DNA of 63,303 nucleotides, filler included, from Chiloscyllium plagiosum (taxonomy: Eukaryota), in assembly GCF_004010195.1 (NCBI RefSeq). It is 6 parts of 2 records of this genome, joined end to end, with 100 filler letters (N's around TTAATTAATTAA, not from the genome) between each part and the next. Parts side by side here need not be neighbours in the genome. Positions count along the whole stretch, not along the records: positions 61,720 to 63,303 come from NC_057714.1; 5 more parts are not named here. The stretch is one strand, 5' to 3'. Below, in pieces: positions 62,742 to 63,303 of the stretch. The position numbers were made by a program, and so were the translations under genes. Under the pieces are notes generated by a model. That model searched no databases, was not told the origin of the DNA, and saw nothing but the letters and a program-made list of their open reading frames with translations. Within the stretch, counting starts at the first letter, position 1, and each line of letters begins with the position of its first letter.

Positions 62742-63303
62742 GACCCACTCCAACCTCTCACCCTCACAACGCGCAGCCCTCCAATCCCTCTGCTCCAATC
62801 CCAACCTCACCATCAAGCCAGCGGATAAAGGGGGCGCAGTGGTAGTCTGGCGCACTGACCTCTACACCGCTGAAGCCAAATGCCAACTTGAGGACACCTC
62901 TTCCTATTGCCCCCTTGACCATGACCCCACCCCCCATCACCAGACCATACAGAACCTCATCAGCTAAGGAGATCTCCCACCCACAGCTTCCAACCTCATA
63001 GTCCGGGAACCCCGCACTGCCCGGTTCTACCTCCTTCCCAAGATCCACAAGCCTGACCACCATTGGCCGACCCATTGTCTCAGCATGCTCCTGCCCCACT
63101 GAACTCATCTCCACCTACCTCGACACTGTCCTATCCCCCCTAGTCCAGGAAATCCCCACATATGTTCGAGACACCACTCATGCCCTCCACCTCCCCAAGA
63201 CTTCCATTTCCCCGGCCCCCAACGCCTCATCTTCACCATGGATATCCAATCCCTCTACACCTCCATCCGCCATGACCAGGGCCTCTAAGCCCTCCATTTT
63301 TTC
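62742..63303 (+). mobile_element. PLE reverse-transcriptase fragment (runs off the window)
   Basis: QRAALQSLCSNPNLTIKPADKGGAVVVW, RFYLLPKIHKPD, RPIVS, FTMDIQSLYTSI. Has a stop and frameshifts. Confidence 0.9.

Overview
Vertebrate genomic DNA, almost certainly a shark or other elasmobranch, judging by the HE1-type SINEs and shark-type CR1 and Penelope repeats. The window lies inside a large minus-strand gene, SUGCT (succinyl-CoA:glutarate CoA-transferase, CaiB/BaiF class III CoA-transferase). Five consecutive coding exons (46, 74, 86, 51 and 121 nt; probably exons 2-6) have GT-AG sites and splice in frame. Exon 1 and the exons after exon 6 were not found. The introns are filled with retroelements: Penelope-like elements (PLEs), many short palindromic PLE-terminus elements carrying minimal hammerhead ribozyme (HHR) motifs from about 5 families, HE1 and Deu-type SINEs, CR1 and CR1/L2-group LINEs, two decayed Gypsy elements, two nested L1s and a tandem Tx1 cluster. 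A 3.5-kb satellite with a 25-bp unit sits in intron 1. Five N-gaps contain an artificial TTAATTAATTAA linker, so adjacency across them is not observed. The most interesting signals are a tandem pair of intact-core HHR motifs in the sense orientation of the SUGCT pre-mRNA, the diversity of HHR-bearing hairpin elements with target-site duplications (TSDs), and a ~40-nt motif repeated through the Tx1 cluster. I found no convincing wholly new protein-coding system. Exon, TSD and HHR coordinates were counted by hand; repeat boundaries are approximate.
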